Shown here: piece after piece, positions 26,806 to 35,628 of the stretch
Layout: the number at the start of each line of letters is the position of its first letter
How positions within the stretch are numbered: the first letter of the stretch is position 1
Notes under the pieces: model-generated
What the model saw: the letters and a program-made list of their open reading frames with translations, nothing else
What the model was told of the DNA's origin: nothing
Databases searched by the model: none
Made by a program: the position numbers and the translations under genes
DNA from: an uncultured Gammaproteobacteria bacterium
GTDB taxonomy: Bacteria; Patescibacteriota; Patescibacteriia; SG8-24
Assembly: GCA_964491475.1 (NCBI GenBank)
Contig: CAZBFO010000003.1
Coordinates: 72,766-136,765, forward strand
Direction of reading: 5' to 3'
DNA: 64,000 nt

Positions 26806-27411
26806 ATGAAAATCACCGAAACCGGCATCCCAGGACTGCTCGTGGTAGAGCCCCAGACCTTCGGCGACGAACGCGGTTGGTTTTTCGAGGCGCACAGCGC
26901 GGCCAAGTTCGCGCAGCTGGGCATTGAGCCGGGCGTGACGCAGATCAACCACAGTTCGTCCAAGAAGGGCGTGCTGCGCGGCCTGCACTTTCAGGCGACG
27001 CCGCACGATCAGACCAAGTTGGTGCGCTGCGTGCGCGGCGCGCTGTGGGACGTGGCGGTGGACATCCGCAAGGGGTCGCCGACGTTCGGCAAATGGTTCG
27101 GTCTCGAACTTTCCGATGAGAACAAGAAGATGCTCTACGTGCCGAGCGGTTTCGCCCACGGTTTCTATTCGCTGACCGACGGTTGCGAGCTGCTGTACTT
27201 GGTCGGCAAGAGCGGGTATGCCAAGACCGCCGAGGGCGGCGTGCGCTTCGATGACCCGGCGGTCAACATCGAGTGGCCGTTCATTGCGGAGCTCGGCGCG
27301 CCGCAGGTCAACGAGCGCGACCGCACTTTCCCGCTGCTCACCGCCGACAATTCTCCTTTCGTTTATGAAGCTCCGCTCGTGACGGCGACCGTCGGCGCGG
27401 AGCAGCGCTAG
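26806..27411 (+). CDS. rfbC: dTDP-4-dehydrorhamnose 3,5-epimerase
   Basis: GLLVVEPQTFGDERGWFFE...RGLHFQ...KLVRCVRGALWDVAVDIR cupin motifs of RmlC. Confidence 0.9.
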   Translation: MKITETGIPGLLVVEPQTFGDERGWFFEAHSAAKFAQLGIEPGVTQINHSSSKKGVLRGLHFQATPHDQTKLVRCVRGALWDVAVDIRKGSPTFGKWFGLELSDENKKMLYVPSGFAHGFYSLTDGCELLYLVGKSGYAKTAEGGVRFDDPAVNIEWPFIAELGAPQVNERDRTFPLLTADNSPFVYEAPLVTATVGAEQR

Positions 27412-27429
27412 TTTTCTGAAGCACGTCAT

Positions 27430-28299
27430 ATGAAAGCACTCATCTTCGGCGCAAAAGGAAATCTCGGCGGCGATTTGGTCCGCGTCTTTTTCGCGGCCGG
27501 TCATACGGTCGTGCCTCTTGATAGGGAAATGCTGGACGTTACCGATGCCGAGGCCGTCAAAGCGATGGTAACCGTGACCCATCCCGACGTCGTCATCAAC
27601 GTCGCCGCTTGGAACAACGTCGATGCGGCGGAAGACCCTGCCAATCGCGAGAAGGTCTTCGCGTTGAACGAGAAGGCACCCGCCGCGATGGCCGCTGCCG
27701 CCAAAGAGGTCGGTGCGAAGTTCGTGCATTACAGCACCGACTACGTTTTTGAAGGTACAAAGCCTGAAGGATACGTTGAGACTGACGAGCCGACGCCGGT
27801 TTCGGTCTACGGCCAGAGCAAGGCTGCTGCCGAACGCGCCGTGTTCGCGTCCGGCGCACGCGCTTACGTGTGCCGCACCAGCAAGCTGTTCGGTCAGCCG
27901 GGCACTTCTGCCAGCGCCAAGCCGAGCTTCGTGAGCGTCATGTGCAAGCTCGCGGCCACCAAGCCGGAGCTGTCCATCGTCAACGAGGAAGTCGGCATGC
28001 CCACCTACACGCGCCACCTCGCCGAGGCTACGCTGCGCCTGGTGAGCGAGGAGTTCGAGCCAGGCGTGTATCACCTGGTCAACGAAGGTCCGGGCGTCAC
28101 CTGGTACGACTTTGCCAACGAGTTCTTCGCACTGCAGGGCGTGACCACGCCGCGCAAGCCGGTGCCGATGTCGGCGTTTCCCCGGCCGGCAAAGCGTCCG
28201 CTGTTCGCGGCGCTGAAGAACACGAAGTTTCCGCCGTTGCCGCAGCGGGTGGAAGCCTTGAAGGCGTTTTTCGCGGAAGAACGGGTGGAGGCAAAGTAG
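27430..28299 (+). CDS. rfbD: dTDP-4-dehydrorhamnose reductase
   Basis: MKALIFGAKGNLG...VINVAAWNNVDAAE...YSTDYVFEG...YGQSKAAAE motifs of RmlD. Confidence 0.9.
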   Translation: MKALIFGAKGNLGGDLVRVFFAAGHTVVPLDREMLDVTDAEAVKAMVTVTHPDVVINVAAWNNVDAAEDPANREKVFALNEKAPAAMAAAAKEVGAKFVHYSTDYVFEGTKPEGYVETDEPTPVSVYGQSKAAAERAVFASGARAYVCRTSKLFGQPGTSASAKPSFVSVMCKLAATKPELSIVNEEVGMPTYTRHLAEATLRLVSEEFEPGVYHLVNEGPGVTWYDFANEFFALQGVTTPRKPVPMSAFPRPAKRPLFAALKNTKFPPLPQRVEALKAFFAEERVEAK

Positions 28300-28307
28300 G
28301 GAGTCGC

Positions 28308-28340
28308 AACCGCGCGAAAAGCGCGGTTTTCGTTTTCGCT
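28308..28340. terminator. Hairpin AACCGCGC-GAAAA-GCGCGGTT followed by TTCGTTTTC
   Basis: Perfect 8-bp GC-rich stem directly after the rfbD stop. Confidence 0.6.
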
Positions 28341-28393
28341 TAGCGACGACTGACCGTTATGTACCCCAGCGGTACATTTCCCGCCTGCCGACA

Positions 28394-28493
28394 TTGACAT
28401 TCGCCGTTTTTCTGCTACGTTTGAATCCTTCCGAAAAGCAGAGGCGATTCGGGAGGAAACCCCAACGTCGCAGAGGCGACAAGGAGTCACGAC
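28394..28493 (+). promoter_or_regulatory. Promoter (-35 TTGACA) plus ~95-nt leader of NUDIX-like gene A; a near-duplicate copy lies at 29269..29372
   Basis: CATTGACATTCGCC at 28392-28405 and a 3' block AAACCCCAACGTCGCAGAGGCGACAAGGAG before the ATG, both conserved with the second copy. Confidence 0.5.
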
Positions 28494-29207
28494 ATGTCAC
28501 AGGAGAAGAAGGCGCCCGCAGGCGCGGTACGTCAGCTCACGGAAGCGGATCTCGATACCAAGCTCGCCGGCTGGAAGCCGGCGTCGACGGGAGCCGGAGG
28601 GCTCGTGAACCCCATGGGTTTCGCGGCGCTCCGTGTGATCGTGCGCAAGGCCGTCGAGGGTAACCTCAAGGACCTGTACGACCAGCCGATCATCGTCGAG
28701 AACGCCGGGGCCATCGTGGTCTGCCAGGCGGGCGATCGGGTCGGACTGGTCAAGAATTTCCGCTTCGTGGGCGAACGGCTCATGGCGGCCGGGAAGGACT
28801 ATGTCCGTCGGCTCGATTCGGAACGCCGCTGGGGCGAGCTGCTCACCACGCTCGGCCATTGGCAGTGGGAGCTCCCGCGCGGCATCTCGCAGGTCGAGAG
28901 CGAGACGGACTTGGAAAAGTTCGTCGTCGCCACGGCCAAGGCCGAGGCGCTCGAGGAGACCGGCTACCGGATCGCCAACGCGCGCATCTGCGGCCGACTC
29001 AACACGAACCCGACGTTCTTCGCCCACAGCCAGTACGTGGTCAAGGGCGAGGTGGTCTCGGTCGGCGAGCAACGCCCCGAAGAGACCGAGATGATCGGCG
29101 CAACCAAGCTCTTTTCAGCCGAGGAGATCCGGGCCATGGCCGACTGCGGAGAAATCCAGGACGGCATGACCCTCGCGGGCCTCGCGCTCGCGGGGTTCCG
29201 GTTCTAG
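28494..29207 (+). CDS. Divergent NUDIX-like hydrolase, paralog A
   Basis: GHWQWELPRGISQVESE...ATAKAEALEETGY resembles a degenerate Nudix box (K replaces R). SD GGAG 8 nt upstream. Confidence 0.55.
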   Translation: MSQEKKAPAGAVRQLTEADLDTKLAGWKPASTGAGGLVNPMGFAALRVIVRKAVEGNLKDLYDQPIIVENAGAIVVCQAGDRVGLVKNFRFVGERLMAAGKDYVRRLDSERRWGELLTTLGHWQWELPRGISQVESETDLEKFVVATAKAEALEETGYRIANARICGRLNTNPTFFAHSQYVVKGEVVSVGEQRPEETEMIGATKLFSAEEIRAMADCGEIQDGMTLAGLALAGFRF

Positions 29208-29220
29208 GCCGAATTCGATG

Positions 29221-29246
29221 GCCGCGCTTCGTGCGCGGCTTTTTCA
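29221..29246. terminator. Hairpin GCCGCGC-TTCGT-GCGCGGC followed by TTTTTC
   Basis: Perfect 7-bp stem and T-run immediately after the paralog A stop. Confidence 0.6.
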
Positions 29247-29268
29247 TACGCGTTGACGGCGGTCAGCA

Positions 29269-29372
29269 TTGACATTCGGCCTATTTTATGGCATTCTGGA
29301 CGGTCATTCGTGCGAGCAAAGGTGCCACGATTGGCCTCAAAACCACGTCCGCAGAGGCGGAAGGAGACAGGA
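29269..29372 (+). promoter_or_regulatory. Second copy of promoter/leader (CATTGACATTCGGCC ... AAAACCACGTCCGCAGAGGCGGAAGGAGA) upstream of NUDIX-like paralog B
   Basis: Same -35 hexamer with identical flanks and the same purine-rich RBS block as 28394..28493. Spacing to the ATG is 99 nt against 95 nt. Confidence 0.5.
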
Positions 29373-30101
29373 ATGCACACTGAAAAAGAGCGAAAAGCAT
29401 TGCTCGAAAAGATTAACGCCCAGCTGAAGGATCGCGGCCTCAAGCCGATTCTCAAGCTGGGCGACGCCTCAAAGGGCGAGATGGAAATCATCGGCCTGGA
29501 GGAGATCCGCAGCGGCGCGGAACGGTACTTCGTCGACGTTAAGTTCCGTATGCGCCTGCCAGCCGGTTTCACGGATACCTACGACATCCGGTTCAACGTC
29601 AACAGCGCGGTCTCCGACGGTGCGGTATTCGTTCCGGTCATCAACGGGAAGTTTGCCGTCGTCAAGCAGTGGCGCGTGCCGTTGGGGCGCTGGACATACG
29701 AGTTGCCTCGCGGTTTCTGCGAAAGCAACGACCTCTTCCGCGTGCTAAGCACCGAGGGCGCGATGCGGCTTGCCGATTTGCCACTCGGGCTGCTCGAGCG
29801 CGAGCTCGGTTCCAACCTCGTGGCCGAGGCCGAACTCACATCGGTGACGCATCTCGGCGACATCGCCCAGAACACCTGCACCGATACGGCTACGCCCGCG
29901 TATTTCCTGATACAGATGGAAGCGCCTGACCTGTCGGTGCAGCAGAGGGTGAGAGACACAGACGGTTTCAACCAAGTCAAGCTGTGGGACGCAGCGATGG
30001 TGCGCAACGAGATGGGCAGGAAGCTGTGCGACAGCCACACCATCACGGCGCTGGCCCTGGCCTTCGCCCACTTCGAACGCAGCGCGCAGATGACTCGATA
30101 G
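29373..30101 (+). CDS. Divergent NUDIX-like protein, paralog B
   Basis: In-frame ATG at 29373 with SD AAGGAGA. WTYELPRGFCE parallels WQWELPRGIS in paralog A. The rest is more degenerate. Confidence 0.5.
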   Translation: MHTEKERKALLEKINAQLKDRGLKPILKLGDASKGEMEIIGLEEIRSGAERYFVDVKFRMRLPAGFTDTYDIRFNVNSAVSDGAVFVPVINGKFAVVKQWRVPLGRWTYELPRGFCESNDLFRVLSTEGAMRLADLPLGLLERELGSNLVAEAELTSVTHLGDIAQNTCTDTATPAYFLIQMEAPDLSVQQRVRDTDGFNQVKLWDAAMVRNEMGRKLCDSHTITALALAFAHFERSAQMTR

Positions 30102-30130
30102 CTTTGCTCTCAAGGTCTGCGCTCATCAGC

Positions 30131-30161
30131 GCCGGTCCCCTTGGACCGGCCTTTTCTTTTT
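30131..30161. terminator. Hairpin GCCGGTCC-CCTT-GGACCGGC followed by CTTTTCTTTTT
   Basis: Perfect 8-bp stem and T-run after the paralog B stop. Confidence 0.6.
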
Positions 30162-30213
30162 GCGCGGCTTGCGGCCTGCCGGACCGTCCCACCGTTGACA
30201 CTCACCGTATTTT

Positions 30214-31323
30214 TTGAGTGATTCCTCTGGTACTCTTACAGGTACTATGAAAGCCCTCATCACGGCCGGCGGCCGCGCCACGCGGCTGCGACCCATCACT
30301 TGGACCATCAACAAGCATCTGATCCCGCTTGCCAACAAGCCGATGCTTTTTTACGCCATCGAGAAGATCGCCGAGACGGGCATCACCGAGATCGGCATCA
30401 ACGTCAATCCAGGCGAGGAGGAGATCCAGAAGGCCTGCGGTGACGGCTCGCGCTGGGGCGTGAAGCTCACCTACATCGAGCAGGTCGGCGGTCCGAAGGG
30501 GCTGGCGCACATCCTCAAGGTGGCCAGGCCGTTCTTGGGCGACGAGTCGTTCCTGTTCTACTTGGGCGACAACATCATCTTGGGCAGCATCAGGAACTTC
30601 GTGCAGAAGTTCAAGGAAGAAAAACTGAACGGCCTGCTGGCGCTCTCCAAGGTGAAAGACCCCAGCCGCTTCGGCGTTCCGGAACTGAAGGACGGCAAGA
30701 TCGTCCGCGTGGAAGAGAAACCCGCCGTGCCCAAGAGCGAATACGCCGTCACCGGCATCTACGTCTATGACAGCAACGTCTACAAGGCGGTCGAGGCGAT
30801 CCGGCCTTCTGCCCGCGGCGAGTACGAGATTTCCGACGTGCATACCTGGCTGATCCAGAACGGCTACTCCATCGGCTATCAGGAGATCACCGGCTGGTGG
30901 AAGGACACCGGCAAGCCCGAAGACCTGCTTGAAGGCAACCAGCTGCTGCTCTCCGAGTTGAGCACGGGCGAGATGACCAGCGAAGGCGTCGTCGAGGATG
31001 GCGCCACGCTGCACGGCAAGGTGAAAGTCGGGAAGGGAACCGTCATCGGCGGAAAGGTCCTGATCCGCGGGCCGGTGGTCATCGGCGAGAACTGCGTCAT
31101 CCGCAACAGTTACATCGGTCCGTACACCGCCGTCGGCAACGGCGTCGAAATCTACAACACCGAGATCGAGCACTCCGTGGTGTTCGACAACGTCGACATC
31201 AACTGCTCCAAGCGCATCGTCGACAGCATGATCGGCGAGAACGCCTCGGTGTTCTCGGCACATGAGACGCTCCCGATGGGGCATAAGCTGATCGTCGGCG
31301 ACAACTCGATGGTCGAACTCTAG
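30214..31323 (+). CDS. rfbA: Long-form sugar-1-phosphate nucleotidyltransferase (glucose-1-phosphate thymidylyltransferase-like) with C-terminal left-handed beta-helix
   Basis: MKALITAGGRATRLRPIT...LIPLANKPML...YLGDNII nucleotidyltransferase motifs. C-terminal hexapeptide repeats GKVKVGKGTVIGGKVLIRGPVVIGENCVIRNSYIG. The true start may be the internal MKALITAGG at 30247. Confidence 0.8.
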   Translation: MSDSSGTLTGTMKALITAGGRATRLRPITWTINKHLIPLANKPMLFYAIEKIAETGITEIGINVNPGEEEIQKACGDGSRWGVKLTYIEQVGGPKGLAHILKVARPFLGDESFLFYLGDNIILGSIRNFVQKFKEEKLNGLLALSKVKDPSRFGVPELKDGKIVRVEEKPAVPKSEYAVTGIYVYDSNVYKAVEAIRPSARGEYEISDVHTWLIQNGYSIGYQEITGWWKDTGKPEDLLEGNQLLLSELSTGEMTSEGVVEDGATLHGKVKVGKGTVIGGKVLIRGPVVIGENCVIRNSYIGPYTAVGNGVEIYNTEIEHSVVFDNVDINCSKRIVDSMIGENASVFSAHETLPMGHKLIVGDNSMVEL

Positions 31324-31361
31324 AAGGAAAAACGACCGGCACCGCGCCGATCGTTTTTTGA

Positions 31362-32711
31362 TTACAGGTCGCGTTCGAAAATGCCGTGCTGGCTGCCGAT
31401 GCTGCCCACGAAGCGCAGCAGCTTTGCCGACCGGTCGATGACGAAAGGCCCTCCTTCGGAGTAGCGCAGCAAGTCGTAGGCGTTGCGCACGTCGCGCGAA
31501 TCCAGCTCAACGAAGGAGATGCCGTTGGGCGTGGAGTAGATGATGCCGTCTCCGGCGGGCGAGAAGGCGCACTGCATGATGTTGCTGCCGATGCGCGTGA
31601 CCAGTTCGCGCGACTCGTCGCGCGGGTCGTAAAGGGAAATTTCGTAGGCGTTCCAGAGCAGCAGCCGTTCGCCTTTCGGTTCCCATTGCGTCCCGGTGGC
31701 TTCGAGGGTGTCCGTCGTCGCGTTGGCCCGGTCAACGACGATCAGCTGTCCTTTTTTCTCGTCGCCGATGAGCAGGTGGGCGTCGTCGCCGGGCAGGAAG
31801 CGGTAGCGCGAAGCGGGCAGGTTGAGCACGACGGTCGCGCCGTCGGCATCGGCCTTCTGCAGCACGACGTGCTGTTCGTCGCCCGCGCGAATCTGCTCGG
31901 CGAGCTGCAGCACGTAGGCGACGCTGCCGCGGCTGTCGACGTCGAGCACGTTCTTGCCCAGCAAGGTCGGCGCGGACTTGCCGGTGGTGGCGTTGACCTC
32001 GTAGGCGCCGGAGGCGTTCAGCACGGTGATGCCGCCGTCGGCGGTCCAGTGCGCCGTCAGCTTGCCTTTGGGAAAGCGGTCGCTGACCGACAACGCGGGG
32101 AACGACCCGTCGGCGGAAAAGCGCACGACGTGCGAGGTGCCTCCGGAATCGGCGGTGAGAAGCACGAACTTGGCGTCCGGCGACCAGGAAACGCGCTCGT
32201 CGGTCAACGCTTCCTTGGGGAAGCGGGCCAGGAGAAGCGGGTCCTTGCTGGCGGTCATCACGCTGACCTCCTTCGAATCGCCGCTGTCGGCGACAAAAAC
32301 CGCCTGGGTGCCGTCGGCGCTCCAGGCCGACGCGGTAATGCGCTTTTCGACGTCGATGCGGGGAAGCACGTCCTTGTAAAGGAAAATGCCTGCCGCAAAC
32401 GTGGTCTGGCCGCTGTTCACTTCGAGCGTCTTCCGCCAGGGGAGATAGCCGTCGGCCTGGACCGTCACGGAGTAGTCTTCGGGCAGCAGGCGGACGATCA
32501 TCGCCGGCGTGGTCTTCTTCTGCGGCACGCCGTCGATCAGCACGCGGGCGTTTTTGGGTACTGACTCCACCTGGATGATGCCGGTCTTCTGCACCCGCTG
32601 ACGCTTCCAATTGAAACTGTACCCGGCGGTCCAGAGAAGGACGGCGGGCACGGTCACGACGAACAGCGTGATGAACGACAGCGAGATGACGATGCGGAGG
32701 CGTTTGTGCAT
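31362..32711 (-). CDS. Membrane-anchored PEGA-domain protein with C-terminal beta-propeller (TolB/WD40-like)
   Basis: N-terminal TM RLRIVISLSFITLFVVTVPAVLLW. PEGA-like IQVESVPKNARVLIDGVPQ...DYSVTVQADGYLPW. Repeated SPDG/SADG blades follow. Confidence 0.6.
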   Translation of the reverse strand: MHKRLRIVISLSFITLFVVTVPAVLLWTAGYSFNWKRQRVQKTGIIQVESVPKNARVLIDGVPQKKTTPAMIVRLLPEDYSVTVQADGYLPWRKTLEVNSGQTTFAAGIFLYKDVLPRIDVEKRITASAWSADGTQAVFVADSGDSKEVSVMTASKDPLLLARFPKEALTDERVSWSPDAKFVLLTADSGGTSHVVRFSADGSFPALSVSDRFPKGKLTAHWTADGGITVLNASGAYEVNATTGKSAPTLLGKNVLDVDSRGSVAYVLQLAEQIRAGDEQHVVLQKADADGATVVLNLPASRYRFLPGDDAHLLIGDEKKGQLIVVDRANATTDTLEATGTQWEPKGERLLLWNAYEISLYDPRDESRELVTRIGSNIMQCAFSPAGDGIIYSTPNGISFVELDSRDVRNAYDLLRYSEGGPFVIDRSAKLLRFVGSIGSQHGIFERDL

Positions 32712-32812
32712 GCGGGGCTCGAATATTGCCAAACCAGCCTTGCAGGAATACCATGAAACTTCAAGGGACTATCCCCGTCAGTATGCCACATTTTGAGCCC
32801 AAAAGCAGCACT

Positions 32813-34111
32813 ATGACCGCGGTAAAAACGCCGGAATCAAAGCCGTCGGCAGCCTCAAAGCTGATAATTCGCGGCGGGAACGCCCTGGACGGCGACATCA
32901 GGGTCGGCGGCATGAAGAACGCGGCGACGCCGATCATCGCCGCCACGCTGCTCGTCAAGGAGCCGTGCGTCCTGCAGAACGTGCCGCGTCTCTCGGACGT
33001 GGAGCGGATGCTCGACATCCTGCGCTCGCTGGGTGCCACCGTCGAATGGACGGGGGAGCATGAGCTGACCATCGATGCCGCACGGGCCGACATCGGCTCG
33101 CTCAACGCCAAGGCGGTAAAGAGCATGCGCTCGTCGATCCTGCTGATGGGTCCGCTGCTGGCGCGTTTCCATGAGGTTGAGATTCCCGAACCGGGCGGCT
33201 GCAATTTGGGCAACCGTCCCATCGACGATCATCTCAACGTGCTGCAGGCGCTGGGCGCGACGGTGGAACGCGTCGACGCCAACTACCGCCTGACCACCGC
33301 CGGACTTGTCGGCGGCGAAGCGGTGCCCGTCTTCTCGGTAACTGCGACCGAAAACGCGGTGATGGCCGCGGTGCTCGCCAAAGGCCGCAGCACCGTTCGT
33401 ATCGCCGCGACCGAGCCGCATGTGCAGGACTTGTGCCGCTTCCTGGTCGCCGCCGGCGCGCGCATTCAGGGCATTGGCACGCACGACCTGGTCATCGACG
33501 GCGTCGAGAAGCTGCGCTCGGCCACGCACCGCATCATTCCCGACCAGATCGAGACCGCCACCTTCGCGGTGGTCGGCGCGCTCACCAAAGGCACGCTGCG
33601 CATCGTCGGCGTGGAGCGCGACCACCTGGAGATGATTTTGCGCGTGATGGGACGTGCCGGCGTCCGTTACGAGACGGACGGCGACGTGCTGACCATGCTC
33701 AAGCCCGCCTCCGCGCAGCTGGCCGGTTTCAAGTTGCAGACGCTGCCGTATCCCGGCTTTCCGACCGACGCGCAGGCGCCGTTCGGCCTGATGGCCACGC
33801 AGTGCTACGGCACCAGCATGATCCATGATCCGCTGTTCGACGGCCGTTTCGGCTACGTCGGCGAACTGCAGAAGATGGGCGCCAACGCCACCATCTGCGA
33901 TCCGCACCGCGTCATCATTTCCGGTCGCACGCCGCTGTACGGCACGGAGATTCGCAGTCTCGACCTCCGTGCCGGAGCCACGCTGGTCGTCGCCGGCCTG
34001 ATCGCCCGCGGCGAGACGGTCATTCACGGCGCTGAAATCGTCGATCGCGGGTACGAAGATTTGCACGGCCGGTTGGCCGCCGTCGGAGCCGACATCGTTC
34101 GTGCAGAGTAG
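32813..34111 (+). CDS. murA: UDP-N-acetylglucosamine 1-carboxyvinyltransferase
   Basis: KLIIRGGNALDGDIRVGGMKNAATPIIAA...LPGGCNLGNRPIDDHL...YPGFPTDAQAPF align with MurA. Start chosen at MTAVKT; longer upstream starts would overlap the divergent gene. Confidence 0.9.
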   Translation: MTAVKTPESKPSAASKLIIRGGNALDGDIRVGGMKNAATPIIAATLLVKEPCVLQNVPRLSDVERMLDILRSLGATVEWTGEHELTIDAARADIGSLNAKAVKSMRSSILLMGPLLARFHEVEIPEPGGCNLGNRPIDDHLNVLQALGATVERVDANYRLTTAGLVGGEAVPVFSVTATENAVMAAVLAKGRSTVRIAATEPHVQDLCRFLVAAGARIQGIGTHDLVIDGVEKLRSATHRIIPDQIETATFAVVGALTKGTLRIVGVERDHLEMILRVMGRAGVRYETDGDVLTMLKPASAQLAGFKLQTLPYPGFPTDAQAPFGLMATQCYGTSMIHDPLFDGRFGYVGELQKMGANATICDPHRVIISGRTPLYGTEIRSLDLRAGATLVVAGLIARGETVIHGAEIVDRGYEDLHGRLAAVGADIVRAE

Positions 34112-34194
34112 TCGGCAATTTCCCAAAAAAACGGCTCGTCCCCAGATACGGAAAAACGGCTTATTATGGCCGTTTTTTTGCCCTTTGACCTGCG

Positions 34195-35628
34195 GTGACT
34201 GAATTGGTACTCTTTAGGCGATATATGGAGAATCTTTCCCCGGAAAACGGCAGCTCCAACGCTGCTCCGCCGGCGGTCCCCAGTCAGAGTTCCGCACTTG
34301 CGCCCGCGAAAAAGCCTGACCTCGTCACGCGTCAGTACGCTTTTGGCATCATCATGGCCCTTGCGGTGACCGCCAGCTTCATGGCCGGCATCTTCATCGG
34401 CGATTTGCGCCGGACGGAAGCCAAGACGACCGCCGTGGCCGGCGACGGCAGGGTGCTCAACAAGGACGCCAAACCCGACTTCGAGACGCGCGACGTCGAC
34501 TTCAACGCGTTTTGGGACATCTGGAAGACGGTAAAGGCCAGGCATGTCGGCGATCAGGTTTCCGACGTGAAAATGTTCTACGGCGCCATCTCCGGCATGG
34601 TGGCCTCGCTCGGCGACCCGTATACGGTGTTCTTCGATCCCGAATACGCGCAGAAGTTCAGCAAGGAGTTGAGCGGCGAGTTCGAGGGCATCGGTGCCGA
34701 AATCGGCATCAAGAACAACGAGCTGACGGTCATCGCCCCGCTGCCCAACAGCCCCGCTTCCAAGGCGGGCATCCTGGCGGGCGACCGCATCATCGCCATC
34801 GACGGCAAGGATTCGACTGCCATGGTGGTCGACGAGGCCGTCAGCCTGATTCGCGGTGCCAAGGGCACCAAGGTCAAGCTGCTGATCGTCCGCGACGGCT
34901 TGCGCCAGCCCAAGGAGATCGAGATTACCCGCGACAAGATCGTGGCCGAATCGGTCACCTGGAAGGTCGAGAAGTACGGCGACAAGAAGCTGGCCCGCAT
35001 CACCATCTCGCACTTCAACGACAAGACTTCTGCCAAATTCGCCGAGGCCGTGCGCAGCGTGCTGCTCGAGGATCCGGCCGGCGTCATCTTGGACCTTCGC
35101 AACAATCCCGGCGGCTATCTCGACGCGGCGGTTTCGGTCGCCGGCGAGTGGGTCAACCATGACGTCATCGTCACCGAAAAGTTCGGCGACGGCACTCCCG
35201 CCAAGCCGTATCTTTCCGAAGGCCTGTCGCGTTTGGCCGACGTGCCGACCGTCGTGCTGATCAACGGCGGCTCCGCCTCCGCTGCCGAAATCGTGGCCGG
35301 TGCGCTGCAGGACGACGGCAAGGCCAAGCTGGTCGGCGAGAAGTCGTTCGGCAAGGGTTCCGTGCAGGACTACTCCGAGTTCGCCGACGGTTCGGCGCTC
35401 AAGCTGACGGTTGCCCTGTGGTACACGCCCAAGGATCACAACATCAACCACGACGGCATCAAGCCGGACGTCGAGGTCAAGCTGTCTACCGACGACTTCA
35501 ACTCCAGCAACGATCCGCAGTACGGCAAGGCCGTCGAGATGCTGACCGGTTTCGTCATCAAGCCCAATCCGACCGTGAAGTCCGATGATTCCAAGAACGA
35601 TGCACCCAAATCAACGCCCAAAAAATAG
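34195..35628 (+). CDS. Carboxy-terminal processing peptidase (S41, CtpA-like) with PDZ domain
   Basis: PDZ GIGAEIGIKNNELTVIAPLPNSPASKAGILAGDRIIAIDG. S41 catalytic region VLINGGSASAAEIVAGALQD...FGKGSVQ. Confidence 0.85.
   Translation: MTELVLFRRYMENLSPENGSSNAAPPAVPSQSSALAPAKKPDLVTRQYAFGIIMALAVTASFMAGIFIGDLRRTEAKTTAVAGDGRVLNKDAKPDFETRDVDFNAFWDIWKTVKARHVGDQVSDVKMFYGAISGMVASLGDPYTVFFDPEYAQKFSKELSGEFEGIGAEIGIKNNELTVIAPLPNSPASKAGILAGDRIIAIDGKDSTAMVVDEAVSLIRGAKGTKVKLLIVRDGLRQPKEIEITRDKIVAESVTWKVEKYGDKKLARITISHFNDKTSAKFAEAVRSVLLEDPAGVILDLRNNPGGYLDAAVSVAGEWVNHDVIVTEKFGDGTPAKPYLSEGLSRLADVPTVVLINGGSASAAEIVAGALQDDGKAKLVGEKSFGKGSVQDYSEFADGSALKLTVALWYTPKDHNINHDGIKPDVEVKLSTDDFNSSNDPQYGKAVEMLTGFVIKPNPTVKSDDSKNDAPKSTPKK

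Noticed and set aside
28394-29372. Riboswitch upstream of the NUDIX-like genes
   Set aside because: The conserved leader blocks mostly coincide with the -35 element and the RBS region, which simple duplication of the cassette explains. No recognisable riboswitch consensus (e.g. for nucleotides or sugars) could be identified by eye, so only a duplicated promoter/leader is claimed.
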